DNA of 64,000 nucleotides from Tubiluchus corallicola. Its lineage: Eukaryota; Animalia; Priapulida. The translations under genes were made by a program, and so were the position numbers. This document shows, piece by piece, positions 13,200 through 43,039 of this stretch; the stretch's first letter is position 1, and every line of letters starts with the position of its first letter. Location: the NCBI GenBank assembly GCA_030141605.1, contig JAQGDQ010000187.1, positions 1 to 64,000 of the forward strand, given 5' to 3'. Under the pieces are notes generated by a model. It was not told the DNA's origin, made no database searches, and saw nothing but the letters and a program-made list of their open reading frames with translations.

Positions 13200-15420
13200 T
13201 TTATCGTCGCGAACTTTGATTTGCGAGTATTTGCGCTCTGTTCCTGCTTTGCAAACAGGTGTTTGCGTTGTCTACGTGCAAGTTATCACTACAAGAAAAT
13301 GTAAATAAATAACAACTTGAAGTTGTAAGTGAGTCATCTATACAATGTGGACTTAATTACTGAAAGGAAACTTGCAATTTAGTAAGCAGAACAATTAAGA
13401 TCAAAGTTGGCTGTCACTGTCATTTTTCTGCAATTTTTCTTCTACTAATGCTGTTATTTTGCTAAGAAGAAAAGTGCTCTTTGACATCGCGTTGCGTTAG
13501 GTGATTACGACATGCATTTACGAAGCCGCGGCACACAACCAGAAGGGGATAATAGCAATCGCTCGACCTCCGTACGTAAGCAGATAAGGGTGAGTATGAC
13601 TAGAAAGGTGATCACAGAGCCCTGTTCGAGTGTACCGTTGTCCGAATAAATGGAGCTGTGGTAGCTAGTATTACTTTACTTTTTAATGAGCATTATTTTA
13701 GCCATTTTTTACTAAAATAGGAGGACTAGCAGAAAGATATATGAGGTGAAAATTGCTCATGCGATTATTCATCAGTAATAATTGAACCAATACAAATAAT
13801 GTGCAGGATGTGTTGCTAGGCAACACTAAACGTCGATGTTTATACAGAACAAAGTTCAATGGTCCTAATTTATAATAGTTAGGCTTCTCAGCAGAATTTG
13901 AGTCAGTCAGTCAGTTAATAAACAGAACATTGTAAGACGAAAACTGTTGGGCAGCCAAAATAACTTTGGTAGCTCACTGTGGCAGAAAGATGACAAGCTG
14001 TAACGAGGTCGATGATACTCTGAGGTCAAAGGTCAATTTTCCGAAACGTTTCGTATCGTAGAGTTGGACAACCAAACTTAAGGGCCTAAAATTAACAGGT
14101 GAGTGACAAATTGTAGACAGTGACTTTGGGTGCTGATTTCAGATCATGGGCCAATCTTCCTAAGTTTTCATTTTGTCATTAACAGAAGTTGTCGAATCTC
14201 ACATGACTGACAAAGGCGACGGAACTGCAGTACACTAAAGTCTACGTTCTCTGTGGCTCAGGATTACCTCGTATAATATCTTTTGTCTTTTAATAATGTA
14301 GCATTTATAACATTCCAGGTACCACTTATAACAATTTTCAGGATCCACTTCTACATGCGCTTTAAAACTTTAAGACATATGTACGGCATACCCAATTTAC
14401 TGTGTTAAATCATATTGTAATTACATGTTCTTTAAATTTATCTAAACGTTAGTTTTTTATACAACTTTTCTTCCATACACAAATTTTGTATTAAAGTGTG
14501 TCGAGCTCGTTACTATTATTATTATTATTATTATTATTGTTATTATTATTACTATTATTGTGATAATAGCTATAAAGAGATTAACGTCTGGGCTCAATTT
14601 ATAATTTCAGGAGCCAGGATTGAAACACTGATAAAAAATTTTTAAAATGTAAACGAAATTTTCGACGTATTACAGTTCGTCTATATATATATAGGCTGGA
14701 TTATGATGCTTCAATTGCCTTAATTGTCATAGCATACATAACACATGATGGACAGTAGTACACTTCATTCGCACAGACAAATTATCTTGCCACTCTGAAC
14801 ATAAGCTAAAATTTAGCACATCGATAGGTGCAGTACTTTGAAACAGAACAATCTCAGCAGGTAGATCTGAGTTGTAATGCTTTACCTGTCTCTCAGTCTA
14901 CCCGTAGAGATTACTCTGTGAAGTTACAACTGAATATGAAGTGGATGCGGAAACTTTTTAGTGACTTAGACATGGTTAGAATTCAATTGAAACAAAGCAG
15001 AACTCAACTCAATTACCATATTGTCCGTACAGACTTGAAATGTTATAAGTCATACTGAACACATGATTATGGATTACACAACCCCACATGAGTATTACAT
15101 CAGGTACTGAAGTGCATTTTAGACAGTATCTTTTGTGATGCTCTAGCGGTGTTGGAATGTGTTTTCATCAATGCTATTATATTGAATGGAGACCAAAATG
15201 TTGAACATGTAGACGACGCTACTTCGATAGAAATTTGTATTTATACTGATAATAGGTTAAACTTCCAAGATGCAGCTTTCCAAGACTTCCAATGATATGA
15301 TCAAAATCACCTTTATGTTAATTGTTTTAAAACTATAGAAATGTTAATCACTCTCACGAAATGTAGTACTGCTGTTGTCCCCTTTGTAATGAACGATTCA
15401 AATATTGAACATGCCAGTAT
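13200..15420 (+). pseudogene. Probable decayed multi-Ig-domain gene
   Basis: Signal-like LRVFALCSCF (about 13220). Ig strand motifs with stops or frameshifts: ADKGEYD*K (about 13580), TDKGDGTAV (about 14205), VQYFETEQSQQVDLSCNA (14828, after an AG), DALAVLECVF and, in another frame, YIEWR (about 15140-15190), RNVNHSHEM*YCC (about 15340-15375). Confidence 0.45.
14509..14560. repeat. (TTA)n microsatellite, imperfect
   Basis: Run of tta/att units. Confidence 0.9.
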
Positions 15421-15869
15421 CTGTATATTGTTAAACATGAACAATTCAGAATGATTTAAATTGAAATGCTCACGTTGAATCTATGTGTAAAAAAACCAGC
15501 TAAACGATTGCATTTTCTTAGACAATTTAAAAAAGCTGGTTTCAACACAAATAAAAACCTGTTAAAATATATCTCTTCAGCAGGACTTGGTACTGCATCT
15601 CAATATTTATATTGTAATTTATAAATGTTCAGTCTTTATGATTGCAAAAATAAACTAATTCTAAATTCAGTACTTGTGTGTAAGATAATAAATCTTTTAT
15701 GTTATTGAACAACTGAATAATCATGAGTTCATATTAGTTTGCGTGTATACATCACTTTTTCAAAAAAAAGTTGTAACAGTACTGTTGAACAAATTCATTT
15801 CAAAAGAATTGTTTTCATCTAAAACACCCAAAAACCTCAAAAAATGCAGAAAACAGCAAGACTGGTAAT

Positions 15870-18800
15870 ATATTAATTTTATTAAAATATTTGAAAGAGT
15901 CAAATAATTATGGTCTTCAATACAATACATAAACATAATTTAGCTAAACATTTAATATCATGTAACACACCACCAATTAAGATATAGTAACATAGACATT
16001 AAATTAAACTTCTACAGAATACCTGTAACAACTAGGAGCTGCACTTCATGGGGGCTGTCTAGTAAGCTGGAACTCTTGTTTACACATACCTAAATTAAGT
16101 ATTTACACAAAACAAATAGCTTTCAAGTGTCATCGTCATTTCAATAGCTTGACAGAAGTTCGTACATGCTCATTCCTTTTTTTGATAAGGTCCAAAAACG
16201 ATGACTTGAAATCTTATAACAGCTTCTCAAGGCCAACATATCTGCCTTGATAATCACAAAAATGAGTGATTTTGGAAATAATTCGGAAAATTATCCACAA
16301 GAATTTGGAAATAAACTTATAAGACTTGCTTAATATCAGTTATATCAGTTTTGACAATATATGTACCACAAATTGTCTGTGCAATGTATGATTTACAAAG
16401 GTTAATCACCCGAAAGTAAGACAAAGCAGTCGTACACATTTTGAAGCGAAACTAATTACTTGGAAACTCCACTCAAAACGTAGCCTAGTTTATCATCAAT
16501 TAAAAATTAATAATACTTGAGAATAATATTTACAAAGTGATAACAAACTACAACACTAAGCTACAATCAGTTAGGATCATGATCTGGGCAGTGATAAATT
16601 TATCATCATTAGGAAATTTTTCAACAGTAAAACTGTAATAATTAAAACTGGAAAATAAATTTTGGCATCACCATATTATTTCTGTGCATAAAAAACAACA
16701 ATTTCCAAATTTGATAGTTTTAATAACAGAAATGCAGAAGAATGAACTTTTTGGTTCCTTAAGAGATGGTTAGAAAATGTAAGTACTGCAATAACAAGTT
16801 GCATTTTGGTAAAACAAACAAGGTTACGAAACATCTCTAAATTAGTTCTAATTTCTTATTGAGACCCACAATTATAAAACATTGAGAAACAAATATTATG
16901 AAAAATGCTTAACATCGAAGACTGGCAGTGAAAAGATGTAAAAAATGATTACACCATTTTGCAAAAACTAAACAAAGTACAATGTAGTGCACATGGTGCA
17001 AAACTGTAACTAGAAAGTTATTTTAATATTAATAATATTATTTAAGCTTTTGAATCACAATGAACAGGTTCAAGATGGACACAAACGTAAAGGCAAACAC
17101 TAAGCAGATTAGAAATACAATATAGCTGCAATTGCAGAATTTTATCACATTTAAGCAAATTATGTACAAAATGTTAAAATAATAAATTCTGCTCAGTAAA
17201 GCTTTTAACAATAAATATATGTAATACAGCCATGTAAGCATGCCCAATTACACAAAAGGAATGATATGCATTGAACAAATCAAAACCTAGTAATTACTAG
17301 CATACAAACAATAGATACATTCTTCTAAAAAAAGCTCAATTCATGGCTAAATGTCACTGATTTATTGCCAAAAACGTACAAAATAACAGTATGAAACCTG
17401 GCAAAACAACTGCAAATGCAGAATCACAAGTACAATATCTTGGACATGAAATCACTATGAAAATCTTAGGCACATAAACTTCAAAGAGCTCAGATTATTA
17501 CCTGAAAACAAGCCAAACATAATACTGCAAAAATCACCAACATAACAATGATTGTAAAATAGATTTTGGTCTTTAAACCATAATTGTAGCTACAGATAAT
17601 AATAAATGTAAATCATAAAGAGTTTTGATTTTTAGCTGCAAAGTGGGCAAAATAAACTATAATATTTAATTTTGTTCATGGTATTACACAGAACGACCTG
17701 TTTATTTAAATAACATTATTAAAAGAACAAATTGTAAATGAAAAAATTAACTATAATCTTACAAGCTACACATAACGATGAGCAGTTACTGTTTAATGAC
17801 ATACAACAATATTAAGCACGGTTTACTTTCGATTACTGAAGCTTATTAAAGACTATTTTATGTTCCCATTCTGACCCACCACTTTAATGGACAGGTGTTT
17901 GGCAACTATTAAAAATTTGCTTATTTCATGTTCAGAATGTTTTTTTTTACAATCATAAGCCCTCAAATTTAAATACATTTGGTGAAAAATATTTCTTGCA
18001 GATTTTGCACTGTAAAACAAACCTTTTTGCTAAGGCTGAACATTATGAAGTTCTGATAAGTGACCTACTAAGCAGTCCATATGTAAAATAGACCTTTTTT
18101 ATTATATGTTAAGCTAAATAATATTTACAGCTAGAATTGTTTAACTACAGTCAAACCTCGTTAAAAAGCCAAGTATGGGGTACAACTCTGACATTACGGT
18201 AGAAATGGCAGCAAGGCACAGTTTATTAAATTTCAACAGCTAGAAGCCTTTAATGATAATTTTGTGAATGTATTCTATTTATAATTAAACTCTTAGTAAC
18301 AGAACTCTCCACCAACACAGATGATGTTACTCTACCAACATGCCATACTGAACAACATTTACCTAATTAAAAAACCTAGTAATGTTTATCTGGAGTAAAG
18401 AATTATGAAACTCATCATGAAATGCTGGCATGGAGTAACTGTACGCAACTTATAATCAAATTGTGCTTATGAATACTTTGTTTAGTTTTAGACATATTTC
18501 CTATTTTAACTTATAAGTTTAAGTACTTAGTAAGCGGCTGTTTATGTGTTCAAAGATAGCTCTTTTTACAAAAAAATAGTTGTTTGGCATAAGTATTCAC
18601 AGTACTTTGAGTACTCATTACAATGGGATTGATTTATAACTTGAAACAGATTTTTGACTAATAAGTTATAAATCAACCCCCTTTTAATTCTAGATGTTCA
18701 AAGCACATTGAATGCTTATGTTAAACAACTACTGTATTACAAAAAGAGTTAGGTACCTAAAAAGAATAAAGCCGATTTCTGACTTTTTAACACATCGACT

Positions 18801-19292
18801 CTCAGAATGGATGGCTGCGAGTAATGTTGGCAGTATTCCTTGCATTTAGTATCATGTGGAGATCGAAATAAACTAGTATTACGGCAAAAACGATATTATA
18901 ACGGCGAAGGGAGATGGAAGTAAGTAGTATAACAAGGCTGAATGCACTAGAAATATTTATACACATTTAACAATTAAATAAAGCAAACTTGCAACAAGAG
19001 TAAGCTTGTAACATGAAAAATAAACTTATGGACAACTAAATAAAATCACACGATTAGCAAACATTAAGTCATTTTCCTCTAGTTTCGTCCTTTAAGCCAC
19101 AATGGCAATGAAAAGAAGACAAAGCTCAGAACTTAGTAATTGATCATCAAGTCACCTTCTTCATGGCTGTATCAAATTACAAGCTGCCATCTTGAAACCA
19201 CATCACTTTTAGCAATGACCATTCTGTTGGTCAATAATATTTGTTAGACTGTCATAGCAGAATATCTTCACTTGTGGGTGTAGCCCTTAAGT
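15870..19292 (-). other. Probable long (about 3.4 kb) Ena 3'UTR
   Basis: ORF-poor, minus-strand U-rich sequence after the stop codon. A minus-strand AATAAA near 15878-15883 is followed by U/GU-rich sequence. The endpoint is inferred. Confidence 0.45.
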
Positions 19293-35758
<16,466 letters not shown>

Positions 35759-36098
35759 TTTTAGTTACCGCTGTCACACTCAAAATGAAAATGAACGGAT
35801 TTTACAAGCCTATCTTTAGTCGAGCTCAAGAATAACTTAAAACTTCTTATTAAGAGCAGGGCCCCTTGTACAGTACATACTTGAAGTTTTTATTGACATA
35901 GATTATCACGACAATTTCGACAAAAATCACTTATACGAAACAATATAATACAAATCCAACTTTTCAGTTCCTTTCCCTTACAAGTCGTACGCAAAACTGT
36001 GAATGATTTTTGGGAAAAACGCAAGTTATCATTTTACATTTTGCAACGACTTGCACAACACTAAGTCATTGCTAGTTTGCGAAGTCAAGATTTGTTGG

Positions 36099-36186
36099 AT
36101 CCATACATCCATCCACCCATCCATCCATCCATCCATCCATCCATCCATCCATCCATCCATCCATCCATCCATCCAATCATCCATCT
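36099..36186. repeat. (ATCC)n microsatellite
   Basis: Direct observation. Confidence 0.95.
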
Positions 36187-36469
36187 GTCCGGAGCCTAAA
36201 TCCGTTTTATATCAGACCGAGTGATAAACAAATTGATGTACTACTAGGCTGTTAGTTTAAACTTGCTAATATGTAAACATATATTTTTTACACAAACATA
36301 GTTACACCCAATATATAAGCTGCAGGCACATTATACTAATAATAGATGCTTTTATCGTTATGCAATGCTTAACATTATGCTATCCTTATGCTGCTTTGCT
36401 GCATATTTTAGGTTTTAGTTAAACCATTATGATGCTTTATATTTTTACTGTTATGTCCTTCAATAAACT

Positions 36470-37180
36470 AACTGCTTGGTTCTTTCCACCTCCAAATAAC
36501 AATCATCTCCAACACTCTTCATCAGTTCTTCCTTGCCAAGAGATTTTGTTTCTTATCTGCACATAAAACTCACATCTTAAAATTGCATAGTCTGCAGTTT
36601 CCTATCTTTGCCACATTTACAGAGTCTTTTTTCCAAGCAATAACTCCAAGCATATAAAGGACTTTCTCCCAATTCTAATGTACCATCCCTGGCTTTGACA
36701 AGCAGCTTAGCTCCCAATGTGTCCTTCATCTAGGCTCAAATGCTATGTTGTTTTTGCAATCGCTGTCCTTTTGACCACGGAGCAGTTATTTAACTTTTCA
36801 AACCACATTTTAGTCTTATTTCAGCTACAATTTTGTTTATATGTGCATCCCATGCTTTTTCGCCCAATTGTTTGTCATAAATTTTGTTCAATCCTAATTC
36901 ATTTAGTTGTCCAAATGCCATAATATTGCCAAACACTGGCATCCGATACTTATCACCTAAATGACTAGTTCTTTGCAGACACTTGGATTGCAATCTATTC
37001 GTCACTATCCAGGTTACTACCTTTTTCAGTAACCGATCTTCACTCGGGAATATAATTCTTTTAAAAAATTTTAGGTGAGCCTTCGCTTCTCTTTCTTAAA
37101 ATGACGAAAACCCTGCTTCACACCTAACAGCAGTGCCACTACTTCCTTTTATTTTCCAAAGCCATCTTAAAAATTCGTAT
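36470..37180 (-). mobile_element. Degenerate non-LTR retrotransposon ORF2 3' fragment
   Basis: Minus-strand fragments such as TAVRCEAGFSSF*EREAKAHLKF resemble post-RT regions of RTE-like LINEs; many disablements. Confidence 0.4.
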
Positions 37181-37659
37181 TGTATATTGTTATACTAGTT
37201 AACTTCTGTGCAGAAATACCATTTAATCAACACCAGGAATAATTCTAGTTTTTTTTCTTGGAGTTGGCTTTATATTATGACAAAAGCTTGAACTGTACTT
37301 TTGATGTACTAAATCCAAGAATTACTGCTATAAAAACAGGGATGACTGGTAAAACTGCTGGTCTGCTGGTAACAAGGGGGTGAGAATTTTCTAACAGAAA
37401 GCGAATTTGAATTATTTGCTTTCAAACTCGAATCAAATTCAAATTCAGTTCTAAAGATTTTCAAGTAAATATGCCAATCATTAATAAAAATCATTGTGGC
37501 AGAGATCATATTGTATTGCTTGAAATTGTTCTGCAGTAAATTATAATTTGTTTAAGAATTGTGCACAGAAATCACAGCTAAATTGTGCTGATTGCTTGCC
37601 GTTTCAGGTTTCAGGTGTTTTAAATGAAGAAAAACGTCCAAACTCGAAGGTTACATGCT

Positions 37660-38045
37660 CACTGCTCCTATGTACACCACTATTGTTATAACTACGATTC
37701 CTATTATTCCAAAAGCTAAGACAATAACAATGAAGATGGTGTTGAGGTGGCAGCTGGTAGCGGTGGCGATGACGAATACAGCAATAACATTGAACAACAA
37801 CAACCTGCATGCTGTTGTATTACCAATGCTGCTGCTAGTTTTGTCATTATTATCATCGTCCTCATAATCGTTAAGTTCACCATCATCATTATCCATTATC
37901 AATCAGACCATATGTAATATTGTTATTACTGACGATATTAATATCATCATTATCATTATTAATACTACTACTATTATATATGTTAGTAGTAATAATATAA
38001 ATTATATAATATATAATTTATATATATATATAAATATATATATTA
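37660..38045. repeat. Degenerate trinucleotide and AT-rich low-complexity tract
   Basis: Mixed aac/atc/att/gat triplets followed by (TA)n; explains the spurious ORFs at 37604-37902. Confidence 0.75.
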
Positions 38046-38576
38046 CTAGCAGAAACAGGTTAGTAGTTTATATTTAAATTTCACGTAGGTCAGTTGAGGC
38101 CTCAAGCTTCAGTCTCACAACGATCATAATAATATCATCATTATTATATGCCCAATGCCCATTACGTCTACTGTAGACACTGGGCAGGCAGAATTCTAAA
38201 AAATAATGAAAGAAATCTGCCCTCGGGACAAGCGAATTAAAATAAATACATCCTTTGTATTCAAGGTTGTAGCGTCTTAACTGCACGTTGCAAGGAAACG
38301 CCGAAATCGTGTAGTTATATTGGTGTTTTTTAACTTTTCGCGGTTGCGTCTTCGCGTTGCCAGGTAAATATTGTGAACTTATAAATGTCTTCTGATGGAA
38401 AAAGCACCCGACGAATCAAAAACAACTTGGGTAGCTAAGATAAATAAAGATGTCAACAGCTACAGCCAAATCCAGTTTTGAGAGCACAAGAATATGCCTT
38501 GTTAGCTGCAGATGCGGGTAAGTGGTATTGGTAATACCTAGTGCCTCAATGTCTACAACAGACGGAATGAGAAATT

Positions 38577-41000
38577 GTGAATTGAATTGAATACTCAGCA
38601 GCACCGAAGGTGTACTACATTTTTGTGAATAATTAAATAAGCTTATTCCATCATGCATCAGTGGGGCGTGGTTTTATAATCCAACATCCTTGTTATAGAC
38701 ATATTCCAATTAGCACGACTATTAAATTTCAATGGATGATGTTGATAGTGTGCATCTAATTTCGCCTTAAAATCAGATGTTGCTATTCTCACATCACAGG
38801 GCAATCTGTTCCCTGAAGGAAGACCTTCAGCATCGGTCTTAAAATCATTGGTTTCTAAACAAAACAAGATTATCAAACTTATAACATTTACTAGCAAAAG
38901 GGAACATGTAACACCTTTGTATTTGCAACTAAATCTACTAAAAGTTCATGATCTGTATAAATTAGAATTGCTCAAGTTTGTACATAAATTCAAAAATAAT
39001 TCACTTCCAGATCTCTTCAGCAATTATTATACTTTAGCATGTCACATGCATCACCACTCTACTAGGTTTGCTACAACCCAATCTTATTTTATTGAAAGAT
39101 TCAACACATCTAAAGGCCAGAATTCTTTAAAACACCAAGGATCTTTGCTGTGGAATTCATTACCAGACCAGTTAAAGTCCAGTAACTACAAAAAGTTAAT
39201 TTTAAACTATAAAAAACAACTTATTGCAGGATACAAATAAATGAGACATTTTGCTTATATACTTGTAATACTATACATATTTTTTTCATTGCTACGACAC
39301 TTAAAGATTTTGTTTAAGTTTTTGTTATATTTTGATTTCATTTTGTCTGATTTACAGTTGAAGTAGTTTTTCGATGGTTTAATTTATTATATTTTCTTTC
39401 TCAACAAATTCAGTCATTGATGTTATTATTACAACATTTCAGTTTTGTTTTTCTTATTTGCTTCTGTTTCTTGTTTTGTTTTGTATGATTTATATTTGCC
39501 TTATTTTTCCTTGGTTTAATCTATTATATTTTTTCTCGACAGCTTTGGTTGATCATTTTACTGTTTTTTGTTTTTGCCGGATTTTTTAGTTAATGCTCAA
39601 ATTATGCATATTCTGTTATCTTAAAAATCTCAAGTTATTTTTATTGTGTTTGCTTCGCATGATTCATAGTATTTTAGAATTGTAAATCTTTCGTTATTTA
39701 AACTATATGTTCTACAGTATTACGATACCTATCATTCAATTGCCAAATTAACACACATCAACTGAATACAAATTTAAATTGATAACGACGCCATAATTAA
39801 GTTTATTTAATCATAACTATTTAAGGGTGGCTGACTTGATAACCTACGGGTTCTTCGCTGCCCTTCCCTTGCTTCAAAATATTCCATGTATTCTTTATAC
39901 TGTATTTTTATCGTTCTAACGGAGATAATAAATAATTGAATTGAATTGAATTGAATTGTTCCCGATCTCTGGCAGCATACAGAAACATTTGTATTTACCA
40001 GTTACGTAATTTAAACCTATTCGTTTTAATTAATTTTCATATGGGAAGTTCATTAGGTCCGGTAACATGTTCAATGCTCTCATTTGAACAGCTTTGACTG
40101 GGTCCACTATATACATGCTCTAGGACTATTCCAAATGCTACTTCCATACTCCACTTTTGCTGTACAAGTGCCACATACAGAAGTTTGTAAGTTTGCAGAT
40201 CTAGATACTTGAAATTTCTCCTTATTAATACATTGTTTCATTTGGTACTCTTTATAATTTCAGCTGTGTGATCTCTAAAAGGTAAAATTTAGTTTATTAT
40301 CTAGTAATAATCCAAGGTTTTTCTCACAAGCACTAAAGTCCAGTTCTGCCGGAACAGCACTTGCATCTCACAATTTGTATTTATACTCATATCCTACTCC
40401 CACAGAATGAACCTTACACTTGTTGGGATGGAACTGCATACCACTTGCAACTGCCTAAATGTAGAGCCTTTCTAGATCCACAAACAAACACAGAGTTAAT
40501 ACCAAACGTTGTGGCACTCCACTAGTAATCAAGGACACAGTCGGCTTATAGCCATCAAGTCATGTGTGTGATCTTCTGTTTTCTAAGCAGTTAACTATCC
40601 ACTGTAAAGCTGAATGGGCCATGCCATAATTTTCAAGTTTCGTAAACAAAATAATGATGAGATATAAGATCAAATGCCTTTTCAGGTCCAATACTATATC
40701 AAAAGCTTGTTAGCATCTTTTAACTCGAACCATGTATCACAACATTGTAATAGTTGGGTAACCATTGTTTTACCCTTAACAAACCATGCTGTTCTTCACA
40801 GATAATGTTGTACCTTATAAGATGGTTCATGATATGCTTCCTTGTGATTTTTTCTGCCATCTTATCAATTGCATTTAATAGATGAACTATAGCTTGATGG
40901 ATCTGACTTATCCCCTTTGTTATGAATGGAAATAACCTGTCCCACATTCCACTGTCCAGGTAACTGACAATCAACAAAAGACCTATCCATTAAGGCGTAT
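38577..41000 (-). mobile_element. CR1-clade LINE relic, interrupted by a second LINE
   Basis: Minus-strand RT motifs HIMNHLIRYNIICEEQHG, KAFD, LENYGMAHSALQWIVNCLENRR, SGVPQ, MQFHPNKCKV and EKNLGLLLDNKL (39960-40900). The C-terminal NRLPCDVRIATSDFKAKLDAHYQHHPLKFN resumes at 38850-38700, with a (TTCAA)n tail near 38577-38593. Confidence 0.8.
38852..39958 (+). mobile_element. 5'-truncated L2/Crack-type LINE (ORF2 C-terminus, 3'UTR, (TTGAA)n tail)
   Basis: Uninterrupted ORF 38848..39240 (REHVTPLYLQLNLLKVHDLYKL..HHHSTR..GSLLWNSLP), T-rich UTR, terminal stem-loop at 39824-39870, AATAAA, then (ttgaa)n. Confidence 0.85.
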
Positions 41001-41165
41001 ATAGACTTGAAAAGTACATTCCTACATTCATTTTAGTTACGTGGATGGTCGCTATCTGTAGCAAATTTCTCACCGATTCCTGAAGCATTTGATGTGACAA
41101 TTGACACAAATTATAATTGATATTAATAACTGGTCCTACAGTTGAGTAATTTTTGTGATATATTT

Positions 41166-41170
<5 letters not shown>

Positions 41171-41229
<59 letters not shown>

Positions 41230-41310
41230 TCGCTCTCTTTCTCCATCTCTCTCTCCCTCTCCCCTCTCTTTCTCCCTCTTTCTCTCCCTTTCTCTCCCTC
41301 TCCCTCTCTT
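41171..41310. repeat. (CT)n microsatellite
   Basis: Direct observation; explains ORFs 41123..41401 and 41142..41513. Confidence 0.97.
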
Positions 41311-41334
41311 TGTGTCTAATACTCAACAGATATA

Positions 41335-42385
41335 GTGAGAATTTGGCAGGTACATCTCTACAGTATGGCTTCACGGACAAGCTCAGCACTGAGCTTTGCA
41401 TTTACACAATGAAGGATGTTATAAATTCATATCTGAATAAGCAAAATGAAGCAATAAGTAAAGGATATCTCGAAGGCATTTGGCTTAGTGAACTATCACT
41501 AGCTATTCTTTAAATGACTACAAATTGCAGTTCCAAAAATTATTGTGCGTATGTTGTTCTTTTTTATTTAGAGCAGATGCTTACTATTAGATGTGGTCAA
41601 TTTAATGCCCAAGTCTTTAAAGTGGGGAACAACATTAAACAAGGTGGAATACTATCTCCTGTTCTTTTCAAAATTTATTTCAGGGAGTTTAGCATTGAAT
41701 TAAGTGAAATGCATAAAGGCTGTTGCATTGGTGAAAAATATGTTAATCAGTTGATGTATGCCAGTGATGTATGTCTTCTGGCAAAAACTATGAGTGCTTT
41801 ATTTTACAATATCTAGTTGATATATAAATATATACATATATATGCAGTATTCTATGCGGATCAAAACAAAATTAATCTCTGTTAAATCAACTATCATGTC
41901 ACAAGTAACATTTAACTCATTACATATAAAAAATTGCAAAATAAGCTCATGTTATCAAGAAAAATACTTAGGACATGTCATAACTTCAGGCAATAAAGAT
42001 GATTAAGGAAACATTCTCTGTTTTCCTGTAGAGCAAACAAACTGTTAAATACATTTAAAAACTGTAATGATAATGTAAACAGATATTTCGATAAACAGCT
42101 ACTGCAGCAACCATGCGGCTACATGGAGAAATTTTTATAATATCAAACCAAAGATAGTATACATTGTATTACTGCATTAATTTTTTGAAAAACCGTTCGA
42201 CTTTGGTCAAAGACAATTATGTGTATCCTGTAATCTCAAATACTTTGATTTTATTAGAAAGTGTGTGTTTAGCCTGTATATAAGGATAATAAACAGTAGT
42301 AATACCATTTTGAATCAGTTATGTAACAGTGATATTAGATGCATGTCTAGCATATGTGCCAAATGGCAATCAATCATATACATGA
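41335..42385 (+). mobile_element. Degenerate LINE reverse transcriptase (RTE-X-like)
   Basis: QYGFTDKLSTELCIYTMKDVINSY, FKVGNNIKQGGILSPVLFKIY, GCCIGEKYVNQLMYASDVCLLA (YADD changed to YASD), KYLGHVIT; stops and frameshifts. Confidence 0.8.
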
Positions 42386-43039
42386 TTATTATTTTATTTT
42401 ATTTATATTGAAGGGAATTAGGTTATAAAAGGTTTTGTAGTTTCTTTTGTGTATATTTGTAAATAGTATTTATACGCTATTTTAGTTAATTCATCATATA
42501 CAAATATTGTCAACAAAACTAACGAAGTGCCATTGTATTCCTTAAATGTGACAATCATTCTCAGCATTTTATAACTAGACTGGGTGTTTACTATGTGTAA
42601 CTCAGTAACCGCCAGGGTTAACTACTACAGCGCTGCTAGCTCTTGGCCTCTGTCCCATTTTTCAGTGCACGTATAAAGCATTCCCTGATTGTAAATCCCT
42701 TGCATGATTTGCCATTATAAACCTAAGTGCAACGTACCGTGTGCTAGTTAGAATAATTTATAGCAAGCGGTTTGCTCAAATCAGCGCAAATCGGCTACAT
42801 TGCATGCCCGATTATGGCATGTTGAGGTATTTGCAGTTTTTGCAACATGTTTTTTTAGTAACACTTCTTTTTAACAGATTTGCATTTCTGATCCTGTAGT
42901 CATTCTTAATATTTTTGTTATTATGTTTCAAAGGTATGCTGTCTTACAGAACATGTCAATTTAACTTGACCATAGTCTGAGAGTAAAGTGTGAGCTTAAC
43001 TTGACAAGCTTGTTGACTAGATAGCAATAGACAATCCTC

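Noticed and set aside
37604-37902. Hydrophobic, membrane-protein-like ORFs
   Set aside because: They arise from degenerate trinucleotide repeats; no splice or homology support.
41123-41513. ER-repeat and SL-repeat ORFs
   Set aside because: Translations of the (CT)n microsatellite running into a LINE relic.
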